Below are positions 53,601 through 64,000 of a stretch of DNA of 64,000 nt, piece by piece. Location: the NCBI GenBank assembly GCA_051294905.1, contig CM119384.1, forward strand, positions 5,146,001-5,210,000, given 5' to 3'. The notes under the pieces were generated by a model, which ran no database searches, had not been told where the DNA came from, and saw only the letters and a program-made list of their open reading frames with translations. Position 1 is the first letter of the stretch; every line of letters starts with the position of its first letter. The stretch is from Botryllus schlosseri. Lineage: Eukaryota. The position numbers were made by a program, and so were the translations under genes.

Positions 53601-56010
53601 AAAACCCAGATAACATCAAGTTCATAATTGATAAGATCATGCAACATGGTACACCGCTTTGATGTATTTAAAAAATACGACTGTATAGGTTACTTGACTA
53701 GGTTGATCAATGATCAATTATAGCAAACATTATCCAGTTGTTAGTTAGTCGAGCGATACATGCAGAGCAGTGGACCTTCGGCCATAAGTTTCGCTTTGGC
53801 GTTATATCATCAGATATGTTCGAGTGCTTACTGATGGACATACGGGAAATGACGAATTAATAGTCACAGAACGTTGCTCCGTCATTTCCTCAGTATAAAA
53901 CCACGCACGAAACAGCCACGATACTGCAGCAGGGTCGTTACGCAAATTAAAACGACGGGGCCGATGTACTGCCATATTGTAGCGTTGATACGCATAGATC
54001 ATTTGCTACGTAACCGAATGTAGATGATATTACACAGAAATTATGGGTCGCGTACTCACGACCAGGAATGGTCCGGAGCAAAACGTGCGAAAAATCAAAA
54101 TAAACGCTTGGCAAGCGCAAAATCAACCTGCCCAGTGCCCACGCGTATACCTCACTGAATTAAATAGTTACGAATTTGCGTAGAACTCTGACAATAATCC
54201 AGCTGATCCAGCTAATACTGCGGATAAAATTATAAAAAATGTATGAATAACAGCGAAATCTGTGAATAGCTGTGATGTAATTGACATATAACCTATAGCA
54301 ATTAATTTGTCAACAATACATTGCATTGCATGTATTCCCGATCCCGAATAAGGGTCAATATATAGGGCGACATAGCGGCTACTATCACTGCATTGAGGGA
54401 TATGTATATTGGTATCAAATACAAACGCGGCGGAGAATCAACTAGCGTGTCGTGACCTATTACAACTTACCATGAACAAATTTAAAATAATTCATCATAA
54501 ATGTAAAATGGATTAACAACCAAGTGATGCTGTGACACAACAGAGGGCATTCTATAACATGAATATATAATAGTGAATAGGCAATAGAAACCCGATAACT
54601 CATAGTCAATTTTACACACACGCAAATCTTGCTTTTTCTATCATAACTACCGAAACTAAGACAGAGGTTTACGCCCGAAAGTACTGCATTGACAGATCTG
54701 TATATTGGTATCAAATACAAATGCAGCGGAGAATCAACTAATGTGAACTAGGAGCGTGTCGTGACCTATTACAACTTACCATGAACAACTTCAAAATGCT
54801 GCTCTCTTGTACTGTAAAACCCACAACATTGTATATTTGATAATTCATCATCAATGTAAAATGGATTGACAACCAAGTGATGACTGTGATATAACAGGGG
54901 TCTTCTATAACATGAATATACAATAGTGAATAGGCAATAGAAACCCACAGTCAATTGTACGAACACGCAATTCTTGCTTTTTATCATGACTATACCGAAA
55001 CTAAGACAGAGATTTACGCCCGAAAGTGCACGCGATCCCACATAAAGCACCCAACACGTAATATGCTGCTATTGCGCGTTATTAACTAACACAATGCAAT
55101 ATATTGGTATTTTAGTGTGGTTCCCACAGTCATACACACCACCTTCTTGTACCCATGTTGGGGTAGTTCGTATTTACTATTTACTCACATCACAGCTCTT
55201 TATCATGAACTTACTTTTGGCCTTTGCTAATGTTTTTTTATTAGGTATCATAAAAGCCATTAACGTATGCCCTGCCCATGAATAAACGTCTGCAATCTAG
55301 TAATATAAGTGACCTGTCATGAACTACTGCTATGGGTAAGTACAGTGGGGGATTGAAATTTTTTGCAAGCCGGTTCTATCACAAAAGATATATTTTCTAG
55401 TCGGTTCTGTTTTTTAAAAAAAAGTCATTGCCAGTGACCAGTAATGCTAACCGGTTCGCTGATCTCCTAAGATTTCGTGAGACGACTCTATAAAGCAGGT
55501 CCGAACCGGACGAATTCTACCACTGAGTAAGTATATCCCCAGACACAAGTTCCAGTTCGAGTTGATTCTTGAATTGGACCAGGCTTTAATATGGACGAAA
55601 TAAGATACCGGCATAAACACACGTTATGCCACGACTATGAGAATATAAGGCGGGGGATGCCCAGTGTACTGTACAAGCTCTATATGGAAGGTACACAAAT
55701 TGTACATACCAGATTGCTGCTGCACTTTTTTGTCCCATAGCTGCTTCATAGCTTGAAAGCTCTTTTGTAAATTTGGATCCGACATTGATCTCCTGTGTCT
55801 GTCGTCCCTGGCCGCACGTTTCGGCTTGGCCGGCGGTTTTGGCTTCACGGGCGATTTCTTGTCGGGGTTCAGCCTCGATTGGTCTCGTAACTGAACTGCT
55901 TTCGACTGCTGCGGGGGTGAGGGTCTGGCCGTTTCGCGATTGGTGGACGATGATCTTTTCGCCGGTGTCTTAACGTGACGCGGTCCGACTCCTTTGCCCC
56001 ACGACTCCAT
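20669..56010 (-). CDS. FGD: FYVE, RhoGEF and PH domain-containing protein (FGD1-4/frabin family Cdc42 GEF), ~1371 aa
   Basis: Exons 5'->3': 55710-56010 (ATG of MESW; an open upstream ATG also exists at 56151), 51067-51415, 37990-39397, 34994-35086, 31287-31429, 30310-30499, 27596-27760, 27044-27193, 25289-25461, 24865-25075, 24270-24473, 22289-22429, 21456-21599, 20669-21112. All GT..AG, phase-matched, 4116 nt. DH motifs ([36 protein letters not shown]), PH (ERYLYL|FNDMLL, EEKDKW), FYVE ([23 protein letters not shown]) and a second PH ([13 protein letters not shown]). The paralogue assignment is not resolved. Confidence 0.92.
22289..24473 (-). CDS. FYVE zinc finger of the FGD gene, split across two exons (24270-24473, 22289-22429)
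   Basis: [39 protein letters not shown]|[27 protein letters not shown] contains WxxD, RRHHCR and all eight zinc ligands. Confidence 0.95.
23101..23520 (+). CDS. Putative nested intronless gene, 139 aa, possibly a secreted precursor, antisense within an FGD intron
   Basis: ATG has A at -3 (ACAATCATG). The ORF is GC-elevated against AT-rich flanks and has C/G-biased third positions like the FGD exons. It has a hydrophobic N-terminus, an acidic spacer and a basic RKHRK cluster. No homology recognised. Confidence 0.45.
   Translation: MLLGTSAKIVASAAMAILIGTTTFVTNSGEQLPSVEDTNFESAIEETSSTADPFFRKHRKTPGEFLCLALNKAMPSIVGDDLADPKTFRSCVGALTVIGLPPTLLIMSVITAVAQQMKYLGQGLLRRMSAHDSKSLVVT
25766..25932. mobile_element. 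Small inverted-repeat element with an internal telomere-like (CCCTAA-variant) tract; possible Helentron/HINE-type non-autonomous element
   Basis: IRs CGACATTTCAGCATG (25766-25780) and CATGCTGAAGTGCCG (25918-25932) match at 13/15. Internal tract CCCAAACCCTAATTTCAACCCTAACCCAACCCTAA. Confidence 0.6.
27044..35086 (-). CDS. DH (RhoGEF) domain and start of the first PH domain of the FGD gene
   Basis: Five exons encode [25 protein letters not shown]|IFHKRV...[27 protein letters not shown]|[27 protein letters not shown]...CGNLSLE|[30 protein letters not shown]...AADHTNESM. Confidence 0.95.
28790..29200. repeat. ATTAGA-rich repeat (MITE-like); related copy at about 35270-35370
   Basis: Repeated CAACTAGAAA, TTAGATTAGAATTAGA and AAATTAGATTAGAATT motifs at both sites. 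Ends not defined. Confidence 0.5.
30925..31170. repeat. Diverged tandem duplication of about 90 bp (copies near 30925-31015 and 31080-31170)
   Basis: Both copies read TTCAATA..ACGG.ATGCATTCGCA..GCTGAG..GCGTTT.GAG.TAAT.TACA.G.AATTGCTGCAAT. Confidence 0.7.
37714..37900. mobile_element. Second copy of the inverted-repeat element with a telomere-like core
   Basis: Perfect 10-bp IR ATTAAGCATG (37749-37758) / CATGCTTAAT (37885-37894) around ACCCCTAACCCAAA...CTCTAATCCTAATC. Shares CCCACATGCT and TGAGC(A/G)TGTGA with 25766-25932. Confidence 0.55.
37990..39397 (-). CDS. 1408-bp exon encoding the Ser/Pro/Arg-rich disordered N-terminal region of FGD
   Basis: Open 469-codon frame between AG (39398-39399) and GTTAGT (37984-37989), phase 2 to 0, which fits both neighbouring exons. 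Contains PPPPPP and PSVPPPPPP runs. Confidence 0.88.
47660..47860 (+). repeat. Repeat family A copy; hammerhead-like core at 47760-47793 carries a U4->C change
   Basis: ACCC-CCGACGA-G-TGTCAGC-C-GAAA-ATAT-T-C-GGGT. Flanks are colinear with the 9.8-kb and 51.7-kb copies. Confidence 0.75.
51680..51713 (+). ncRNA. Candidate minimal type I hammerhead ribozyme (Penelope-like-element type) within repeat family A
   Basis: ACCC (stem I) - CTGACGA (C3-A9 core) - G[CGTCAGC]C (1-bp stem II) - GAAA - palindromic AATATT stem III - C17 (UUC cleavage triplet) - GGGT (stem I). Activity is untested. Confidence 0.62.
54387..55027. repeat. Tandem duplication, unit about 296 bp, 2 copies; the second has two insertions
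   Basis: Copies start ACTGCATTGA at 54387 and 54683. Both contain TATATTGGTATCAAATACAAA, GCGTGTCGTGACCTATTACAACTTACCATGAACAA and ACCGAAACTAAGACAGAG..TTTACGCCCGAAAGT. Confidence 0.92.
55343..55525. mobile_element. Short hAT MITE, 183 bp, with AACCGGTTC-like subterminal motifs
   Basis: Ends CAGTGGGGGATT / AATTCTACCACTG. TSD GGTAAGTA (55335-55342) vs AGTAAGTA (55526-55533), 7/8 match. Confidence 0.75.
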
Positions 56011-56829
56011 GAGGGCCACTTTCTCCCTGACGGGTACTGCATAAAAACAGATCAAACATCTCGGTAAGCACTCGTGCGGCGGTATCATAAAGAAGCTATC
56101 TGAAGCGGTGCCAGTATACACGGAAGGCAGGCTTATGCTTCTCCGGTGCATCGCGGCGATGAGGATTCAAAGTGAGTCACTTGTACACTAAACGCGGTGC
56201 TTGCAAGCAGCAAAAGAATGACTAAGAAATGCCGTTTGAATGGTGGTAAATACATGTGTTAAACGCTACCGTAATGTGGGTTGCGAAACTACACCAGGGT
56301 AGAGGCGATAAAGCTATACGCAATAGCTAGGATCTGCTAATTAGGTTGAGGCTGTATGTATAAGAACTGATATTTGCATTCTTCCGGCCCTTAGCCACAC
56401 GATCGCGCCATGTTTTTACTCTGATTTGCGTGTATATCGATAAAATCAAATCATTGGTATACATTTATCAAGAAAGATGAAAATAGATTCAGGGCGAGCC
56501 ATGATATTTTCAGCGTGGAAATGGCGCATCCTTTACGTTGAGACGCTACAGATATCGCAATGTATATGCAATGGTTTGGTTGGGTAAGCAGAAAACGGTC
56601 TCTCTCCTCTCCTAAATCTCTTTTTACGACCATGACCTCTCCAGTTGGTTACGTCACAGAAGTATATCTGCTAAAAAAGTAGCTCGATGAAGCGTGTCGC
56701 TGTCCCACTAATTTCATTCCGGCAATTCCCGTGTGTATACGAAATTAATTATAATATGATTGTGATTTTGATGATTGCGGGAAGAGAGTCTTTCGAAATA
56801 AATAAAACAACTCAAATATTAATTTTACC

Positions 56830-56947
56830 CTATATTTAACCATAATTCTCAAAAGAGAGGATAAATTCTCATAAAAGAGGACATTTGGGCGTCCTCCGAC
56901 GACACCTTTAAAAAAGTCAAAAAAAAAGAGGACGTATGGTAACCCTA
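56830..56947. mobile_element. Right end of the hAT MITE family seen at 13365-13677
   Basis: Ends in AAAAGAGGACGTATGGTAACCCTA, identical to the 13.6-kb copy, and is preceded by AAGAGAGGA/AAGAGGACA repeats. Confidence 0.8.
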
Positions 56948-58509
56948 TTTAATAGAGCACGTATATGAACAGAATAAATACAAGGTATAGGGCCTCCATC
57001 CTACATATATATAATCTGATAAGTTGCAAGACAATAGAATGACATCGAAGACAGGCCTTTTCCATCCCACCTCATAACCAGACAATATTTGGACAGAAGT
57101 CCGAATCGTGTCGTAACATCCCACACTAGAACTTCTCGGTCAGATTCTATAAATGAGCGACAATGGCTAGGTTAAACTTTAAAATGCGTTAGCTGTATGC
57201 GTTTTTTTCGGATCATCAGCACTGCTTGGCATAAATGAGGCGTGTAGATGGACGTGGACATGGAAAGGATGCAACAGCCTTTTATATTCCTGTAGATTAT
57301 AGGATCAATCAACTCTCATAATAAACGTACCAGTAATAAAAGAAGGGAAATCTAATAAATCTGAATTAAAAATCCATTAGTAGTTGTTATTCTGTTTCAA
57401 GGTCTGGGAGAGCCAAGGGTATAGTTGGATTAAAGAGCCACGCGATAAAGAGCCACCCACCCCTTGACTTACACAATATCATTACCGCTTAATCATACCA
57501 TTAATCATGAGCATTGCAAGTGATTACGTTTATTGAAAATCATTAGTTTTAACTTGCGGACACACATCTGAATCATATTCCTGAATAGGTGACCATAGCC
57601 CACTCAAAATATTACGGCCAAATGCAATATCGCAACGTTCAACATACCAGCAGAACTGTCTCCATTGCCTCGATAAATGACAGCTAAAACCTGCTCCTGA
57701 ATTATCAACATAACACATGTGATAGCAGATCTAACTAAACGGCCTGAGATAGTTATCTAACAGATAAGAACAACTAATTTGGAGGAAATGAATGGCAAAA
57801 TACCTGCTAATCTTAGACGCAACATCCCCGGAATTTGCGAAAAATGTTTGGTGACAATACTTAGCGTACGGGAATTGCACGCAATTAGCGATTGGGTGCG
57901 AAAATGCGACCATCGATCTCCGCCCGTATAAGCAGTGGACTACGTTCGAGTATCGTTGAGGACTATCGCGAACATCCAGTGAAGAGAATTAAAGTTAACG
58001 CCTTACACTGCCGAGTGTGCCATGCAATCCACCACCGTGCCACGTTGCAAACGGATAAATTTTGATGACCGATTTTCAAGTTCGAAAATACACTACTTCT
58101 TTACAAAATATGCAAACTTTGCAGTATAATTTCGAAAAGGTAATAGTCATATCGTGTCGGCCAAGCATTCGAGATCGAAAAGAAGATCAATGTACTGTAC
58201 AGTACAGTACAGTATACTGTACATTGTACAGTACATGAAAGATTCGGTGCAAGCAATCTTGGTGCAAGTGCAATCTCGCTGCGATTGCCGATTAAATTAT
58301 CAAGCTCAAGTGTCACAACACTCACATGTTGTGCTACCTTGCTCTGCCACCGAATAGTTTTGGGCTTCGTATCTAATCTTAGTTTGAATAACTGAATAAT
58401 GTCAGCAATACTCTACCGGACCACAATCACAATGCATTTGAGGTTTGACAAGGTTTTCTCTTGGGAATAAAGGTAATACAGAACTTGGCAGCCCATTGTC
58501 TGTGTACAA

Positions 58510-60321
58510 CAGGGGCGGGCAACATACGGCCCGCGAAGGGATTTCGTCCGGCCCGCGGACACTTTTCCGTCTTACATGATAATGTGGCCCGCGGCCCCAG
58601 TCTGCCGAGATTCTCCACTACTTGCTTACTACGTCAAATTTTAATGACTGTATGTTATTATATACGTGTATGCGCAGCGTGCAAGAGTGGAGCTTACGCG
58701 TAAGTTCGTCGAAGCGAGAAGACTTGCATTATCGGTATTTACGATGTACTCAACCCTAATGTCGTTTGTGGTAATCATGGTGTTTGTCGACTGCAATGGT
58801 CATTTGCACCAGGCTGATATTTCTTATTTTTGATTCCGTAAACACCGACATCACGTCACACTTCTAGGCTTTTGTAAGGCACCGCTTTTGCCAGGGGTCG
58901 CCAACTATAAACGGGTCGCGGTCACTTTTCAAATTTCGTAGAGGACGCGGACCGCATGAATCCAATATCGAGATTAATTAGGCCACACAGTTCACCAACG
59001 ACGCAATCTCGTCACCTACTCAACCCTAATGAATTGATATCTTGGTAAATCTGGGGTACCGGGTAGGGATGGTGTGGACCTCTGAAAAGTTCAGGTTCCA
59101 ACTTTTTGAAAGGTTCTGTGTGAACGCGAACGTGAACCTCATGACATCACGTGACGTCATATTGCTAATTCCAACCCTACATTTCAGTGAAGTGAGAGCC
59201 TATCTATACTTAGCGAGCGACGTCTCGGGCCAATAATGCCACAATGCTGAAGTACATATTGACGTTTTGAACGTCGCTTAGTGTATCAACTGGGACAATC
59301 AAATGATATAATAATCCCATAAAATCAATATCTTCCGTCGCTTTGCCATCCATTTCGATGAGGACTTGCAAGGATTATAAACTTACGCCTTAACGGTCTA
59401 GGCCAGATCGGAAAATGCATTCGGCGTCCGAGTATTGCTACGCTGATATTGAGCAGAGTGTAAAACGGGTTTCTATATTTGCTACCGCTAATACCGCATT
59501 AGCAAGTTATACAGCAGTAGCAAACACGCCAATCGCACAGATTTGGTTTTTATGATGCAATAAACATAGAAAATCAAGATTGAACACGTATGCGCCTGCT
59601 AGATTTTTACATCAGGCAATGATATCAATTTCAATAATTGGTTGAATAAGCATCATTCGCTGACTACCTACATGTAGTGTATTTCGCTTTTATTGTGATT
59701 GCGGGTCAAGCTCACAGCAGAGAGTCACTAAATATTCACAAACGGAAAGCTGGATATTTCGAGCAAACTTCTATAACAAAGCATGCAAAATTTTTGCTAT
59801 TGGTAAGGTGCATCACGTGCATGCCCGTCTGGTGTTAATTTTTTTTATGATGGAAGTGGAATTGCAAAGAATTCCAACCAAATATGTTATAATGACGTGA
59901 AAAATGGTAATCGATGGAAAAGGTTCACAGTGCAAAACCTACCAAGGTTCATTTGTGAACGTGAACCTCTAAATTTCTGAGGTTCAAATACAGAACGCGA
60001 ACGTGAACCTCGCGTTCATACCATCCCTAGTACCGGGCTTATCGAACGCCTTGAAATCTTAACCGTGTGTTGATAAATCAGAGAGAAGCAGACATGGCGG
60101 CGCCTGAGACAATGCTATTCTCAAATCCACATTGTCTTCGTCATTATTGGCGAGAAATGGCTTTGAAGTGACATTGCTGTCGTTAAAATACATTCATTAA
60201 ATACGATTTATTCCTTGTATATGTGGAATAGGCGAATAATGTATCGATTCAGTAATCCGGCCCGCCAAGTACTTAATTTTCCTATATCCGGCCCGCCGAC
60301 TGGAGAAGTTGCCCGCCCCTG
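58510..60321. mobile_element. Non-autonomous hAT (Charlie-type) element, 1812 bp, containing a nested second element
   Basis: Perfect 14-bp TIRs CAGGGGCGGGCAAC / GTTGCCCGCCCCTG, CGGCCCGC subterminal repeats, and identical 8-bp TSD GTGTACAA at 58502-58509 and 60322-60329. Confidence 0.95.
59064..60029. mobile_element. Non-autonomous hAT element, 966 bp, nested in 58510-60321
   Basis: TIRs TAGGGATGGT / ACCATCCCTA, GAACGTGAACCTC subterminal repeats, and identical 8-bp TSD GTACCGGG at 59056-59063 and 60030-60037. Confidence 0.95.
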
Positions 60322-62339
60322 GTGTACAAGATACTGGTGTATTATTGTATACTCTCGGTGAAAATACGCCGAGTATGAATAAGAGCTGCTGACGCTAGTT
60401 TCAACATCTTTCTTCAGTTGCTAGCCCTTACGCATTCGTATGACACAGACAAATTCACACAAGGGTTCAAAGTTAACATATATTCCGAGTCGATTCCTTT
60501 CTACCACTGTGAGCTATGTTTTTGCGCTTATGGCTATTTACCGACGGGCAATCTGTATTCAGGTATAGAATTTGATTGATAAGTCTCGTCATCCCCATAA
60601 CCGTTAGGCCCTACCTATTCATAATGTGATGAAGGGCCTGGCATCTAGGCAAGTTGAAAGCCGATTTGCGGTCAGTGGATTCAGCGCATCTGGCCGCGTC
60701 TCTTAATTCATAATGTTTGGACAAATACACATCCCTGACTTGACGTGATTATAGAGTAGACGGAACTATGGAACTAATATAACCCGCCAAACAAACCAAT
60801 CTACTTCTGGAAGCCGACGAAGATGAAACGAATGTACGGATATACAAAGTTGCTCGTACTTACCAGGCTATAGTTAAATCTATCTCTTACCAAACGTCAA
60901 TCTATCTTTGAATAATCTCACCTGACTAATACAACCACCAATTACGCTGCATAAAACGGGCTACCAACAGCTTACCGTGTAGTTAGGTGTTTGGCCCTAT
61001 TACGGAAGTCTATTATCATTTCAATGGTTGTGGCGAAAGCTCTACTGGTTGCTATCTAGACTTTAAGGTTTCAGCTATCGACATATGCCGTGACGGGTGT
61101 CGTCTATTGATACACCAAATGAAATTGCGATTAAAGACTTACTGGATCCCAGGAATACTGTTTTGGCTTCATCGGCGAAATATATTTTGATATCCGGTAT
61201 CTTGACACTGTTCATATCTCCGTAAATCCTACTTATCGCGTACAAAGCAGAAATTACAGTATCAGTAATAGTATCGCTTCGCTCTATTCATTTCTCGTTC
61301 AAGTAAAACCTGCATATCACGACAATCGCGTACAGTACATGCATTTTAGTCGCCAAGTCGCTATTTCATATTTTCTATCATGACCAGCTTGTCGTCACAA
61401 CACGAGTGAGCGGCCTGGCCTGCAGTAAAACAGATGATTAGGCAAAAACTATCAAACAACCTTGGTCCCAATAGGGGAAATTTTCCTATACTTACTCAGT
61501 AGCGATCAAAATATTTTAAGCCAGTAGGGCTAACCAACTCTACACTCGCACTGTATGGCGTGGCATACCGCGTCACGCATTGTTTTTGTATATAGCAAGA
61601 GCACTGAATACACATCGCATCGAGAAGAATGAAAACATGTCGCAATTTGCAAAACCGAGTCCTTCCAAACGCAGATTGACGTCGAATAATGTTCCGGTTG
61701 ATTGTGATGCGTGAGATTAGTAATGCGATTTTTATCAAGAAGTGAAGTCAGACAATCCTGCGAAGCCGATAGTATCATTTAAACAATGGATACAGGAAAT
61801 TTTCATAGAATCCCTCGACCAAAAGTAGACCTGCTTGTATAATGTACAAATTATAACACGTACGTCGTACAACTAATATCGACGAAAGCTCCCTGTGCAG
61901 CTACTGATCATAACGCGAAATCCGAAGTACTATCTCACAATCACTTGGTTCCGACTTCCAATATATTTCAGCTTCCAAACTAAGATGGACTGTACAGGCC
62001 TTGCAAATTTCGTTTGCCGTTAAATTTAGATCCTATACGTGTATCAGTAAGTACTAGTTCCTAAACTACAGCACTCATTGACAGGCATGAGCCATATCAT
62101 GTATAGTACCACAAGCTAGCAGCAAAGCTCCCAAAAGCTAAAGCTTCGACTATAGTCCGTGTATACCACCAAGTACATGACTACTAAGCAGGCGTTCGTC
62201 AAAACTAGCGCATGGCAATAAATCGATGAATTAAACTTAACGTCCGACAAAGTGAGCAGTAAACGTTTTGACCATGGACGAAAATCGAAGATAAAATTAT
62301 TTTTTCTTGAAGTGAATACACGAGTAGCGAATATGATCA

Positions 62340-63121
62340 TTGATCGTTAGTGAGATTTTTTTGACATGTTAAAATAAGTCGAAATTTTGTCAAAATTGTA
62401 GTGTTAGGTCGAAAAATTGTCAAAATTGTTAACAAAGTCAGAAAATTTTTGACCCCTGCATTTCGTTTGTATCGTAGATTTTGCCCTGTCGGTGAACCTA
62501 TCATTTGATTTTTTTACAGCTTGTAGCCTACTCTACATGATGAAAAATTGTGATGTAGACAACATTGTCAAAATGAAGCAACACGGTGTGTCACCAGCAG
62601 TGTACGCACAACTTCAGTATTGTCAGCCAACAACTGCTGCTGTTGAACGTTCTTTCTCCATTTTTGGCAAACTACTTAGTAAAGACAGACACTTTCTACC
62701 CGAGAATGTAGGAAAGCATCTTTCGTTATACTACAACAACAAATTTTAATTATTTTTTACCGTAATACGTGATGTAACTACTGGAATTCTTCATAGGGCC
62801 AGATTTCTTTCAAATGCAAGTTTTTTCATGTAGAAATTTGTCATCTTTTAAGTAAAAAACAGTTTTTCAGGCCGAACTACTTCGTAAGAACAGACAGTTC
62901 CAACCAGAAATGAAGATAAGGGGTACAATTTTAACATTACGTGCGAAAATTCGGTAAAATTTCTTATTTTGGTCAAAAAATGTCAAAATTTTGATTTTTT
63001 AGGTGAAAATCTTCAGTTTTTAGGACCAAAAAATCGCCCACTTGATAATATCAGAATTTTCCAAATCTTGAAGGTATTTGGAGAGCTTCCCCCTCCCACT
63101 TTGTCATCCGTTGCGGCCATG
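62340..63121 (+). mobile_element. Internally deleted hAT transposon retaining the transposase C-terminal dimerization-domain coding fragment (ORF 62492-62749)
   Basis: ORF ends AQLQYCQPTTAAVERSFSIFGKLLSKDRHFLPENVGKHLSLYYN, the P-x-T/S-x-x-x-ERSFS...R...EN pattern of the hAT dimerization domain. It is flanked by GTCAAAATT/AAAATTTT subterminal repeats. Outer ends are approximate. Confidence 0.82.
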
Positions 63122-64000
63122 ACGTTTGTATAATCAGAATGACCCAATAGCTGATAGACTGCTGTTTACAAAAACAATTTGTCTTGTGGGAGAATCCCTC
63201 TTCGCCATCGGTATTGCATGTGACAGCAATACAATGCTCCTTGCTCGATGCTCATGGTCACCAATCGTGCTTTAGCCTATCGCTCTCGCCCAAACTAAAT
63301 ATATCTCACCAGCAATGGATTTGGAATTTGGGCATAAATCCTCGTGGGTGGGGATTAGTGATTGGCAAGACAAAGCACCGATTCGATATTGATTTGAATC
63401 GAGTCAACAAGAATATTCAGATTGTGTTTTGTCCAGAGCGTTTTTATTGGCGGCTCCAAATAATAGTGATAATTGTTTCCAGAGTTGCGCGAGGCCATCT
63501 CGCGCTCAGAGATTGCTATTTGTTCTATGATACTAAGGCTGCGTCAAGATGTCTTCTGCCCCAAACATAAATGATGAATCAGAAGATGTCGATGTCACGT
63601 ATATGCGTGTCCCAATCATCTGGTAGAAATTGTCCTCGGAAATATAATGCAGGAAACCGTGGCTCTTGGTAATCATGAAGTACAGCGGCGTATCTTATTA
63701 GATCAAAGTTGATCAACAATCCTTGGAAATGGTGGAATCAGGAAAGTTTCCATTGACTTCTCAATTCAGAGAGTAAATGGTGGTGAAGACAATGTCACTG
63801 TAACGCAGTCGTGTAATTCATTGAAGATCCATGACTAATTTATGATTTCGTTACCCATCATACTTTCGTGCTTCTCCCTGTACTAATTCCGTTTCGACTG
63901 AATAACCTCCCGCTGTAAATTTTTAAGTGGTGATTCGATTCGAGCAAAGTTTCTGTATCTGGTACGAATTAGCTGTAATTCGATGTTGCCCAACGCTACA

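Noticed and set aside
9924-59160. Multiple TGACGTCA (CRE-like) palindromes as a regulatory cluster
   Set aside because: Several are simply part of repeat family A or hAT elements, so they do not support a coordinated regulatory role.
60620-60740. Possible C/D snoRNA (GTGATGA ... CTGA); similar weak case at 13885-14000
   Set aside because: No convincing terminal stem, C'/D' boxes or recognisable rRNA guide. Such motifs occur by chance.
1-64000. Prokaryotic features (operons, CRISPR arrays, rRNA/tRNA genes) and a bacterial origin for the Tpt1/DUF504 module
   Set aside because: None seen. The module is split by many spliceosomal introns within animal-type context, so contamination or recent horizontal transfer is not supported.

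Overview
Eukaryotic (metazoan) genomic DNA, AT-rich, with GT-AG spliceosomal introns. The taxon cannot be determined from sequence alone; a compact invertebrate genome such as a tunicate is only a guess. I assembled three spliced genes by hand, checking splice phase at every junction. (1) + strand 1841-14624: 19 phase-compatible exons encoding one ~1074-aa protein with RWD, MJ1316/DUF504, a duplicated low-complexity linker, a degenerate AKAP7/LENG9-type 2H phosphoesterase fold, and an apparently intact Tpt1/KptA (TRPT1) 2'-phosphotransferase. This looks like a LENG9-like/TRPT1 RNA-end-processing fusion and is the main finding. (2) - strand 15598-17417: TSR2 (5 exons, 186 aa). (3) - strand 20669-56010: an FGD-family RhoGEF (DH-PH-FYVE-PH; 14 exons, ~1371 aa). 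One FGD intron contains an opposite-strand 139-codon ORF that resembles a secreted precursor. The non-coding DNA is full of non-autonomous hAT elements (several with verifiable 8-bp TSDs, one nested inside another), a CR1/L2-type LINE fragment, and two small inverted-repeat elements with telomere-like cores. It also has at least 8 copies of a short repeat whose best copies match a minimal type I hammerhead ribozyme core. All calls are by eye; no searches were run.
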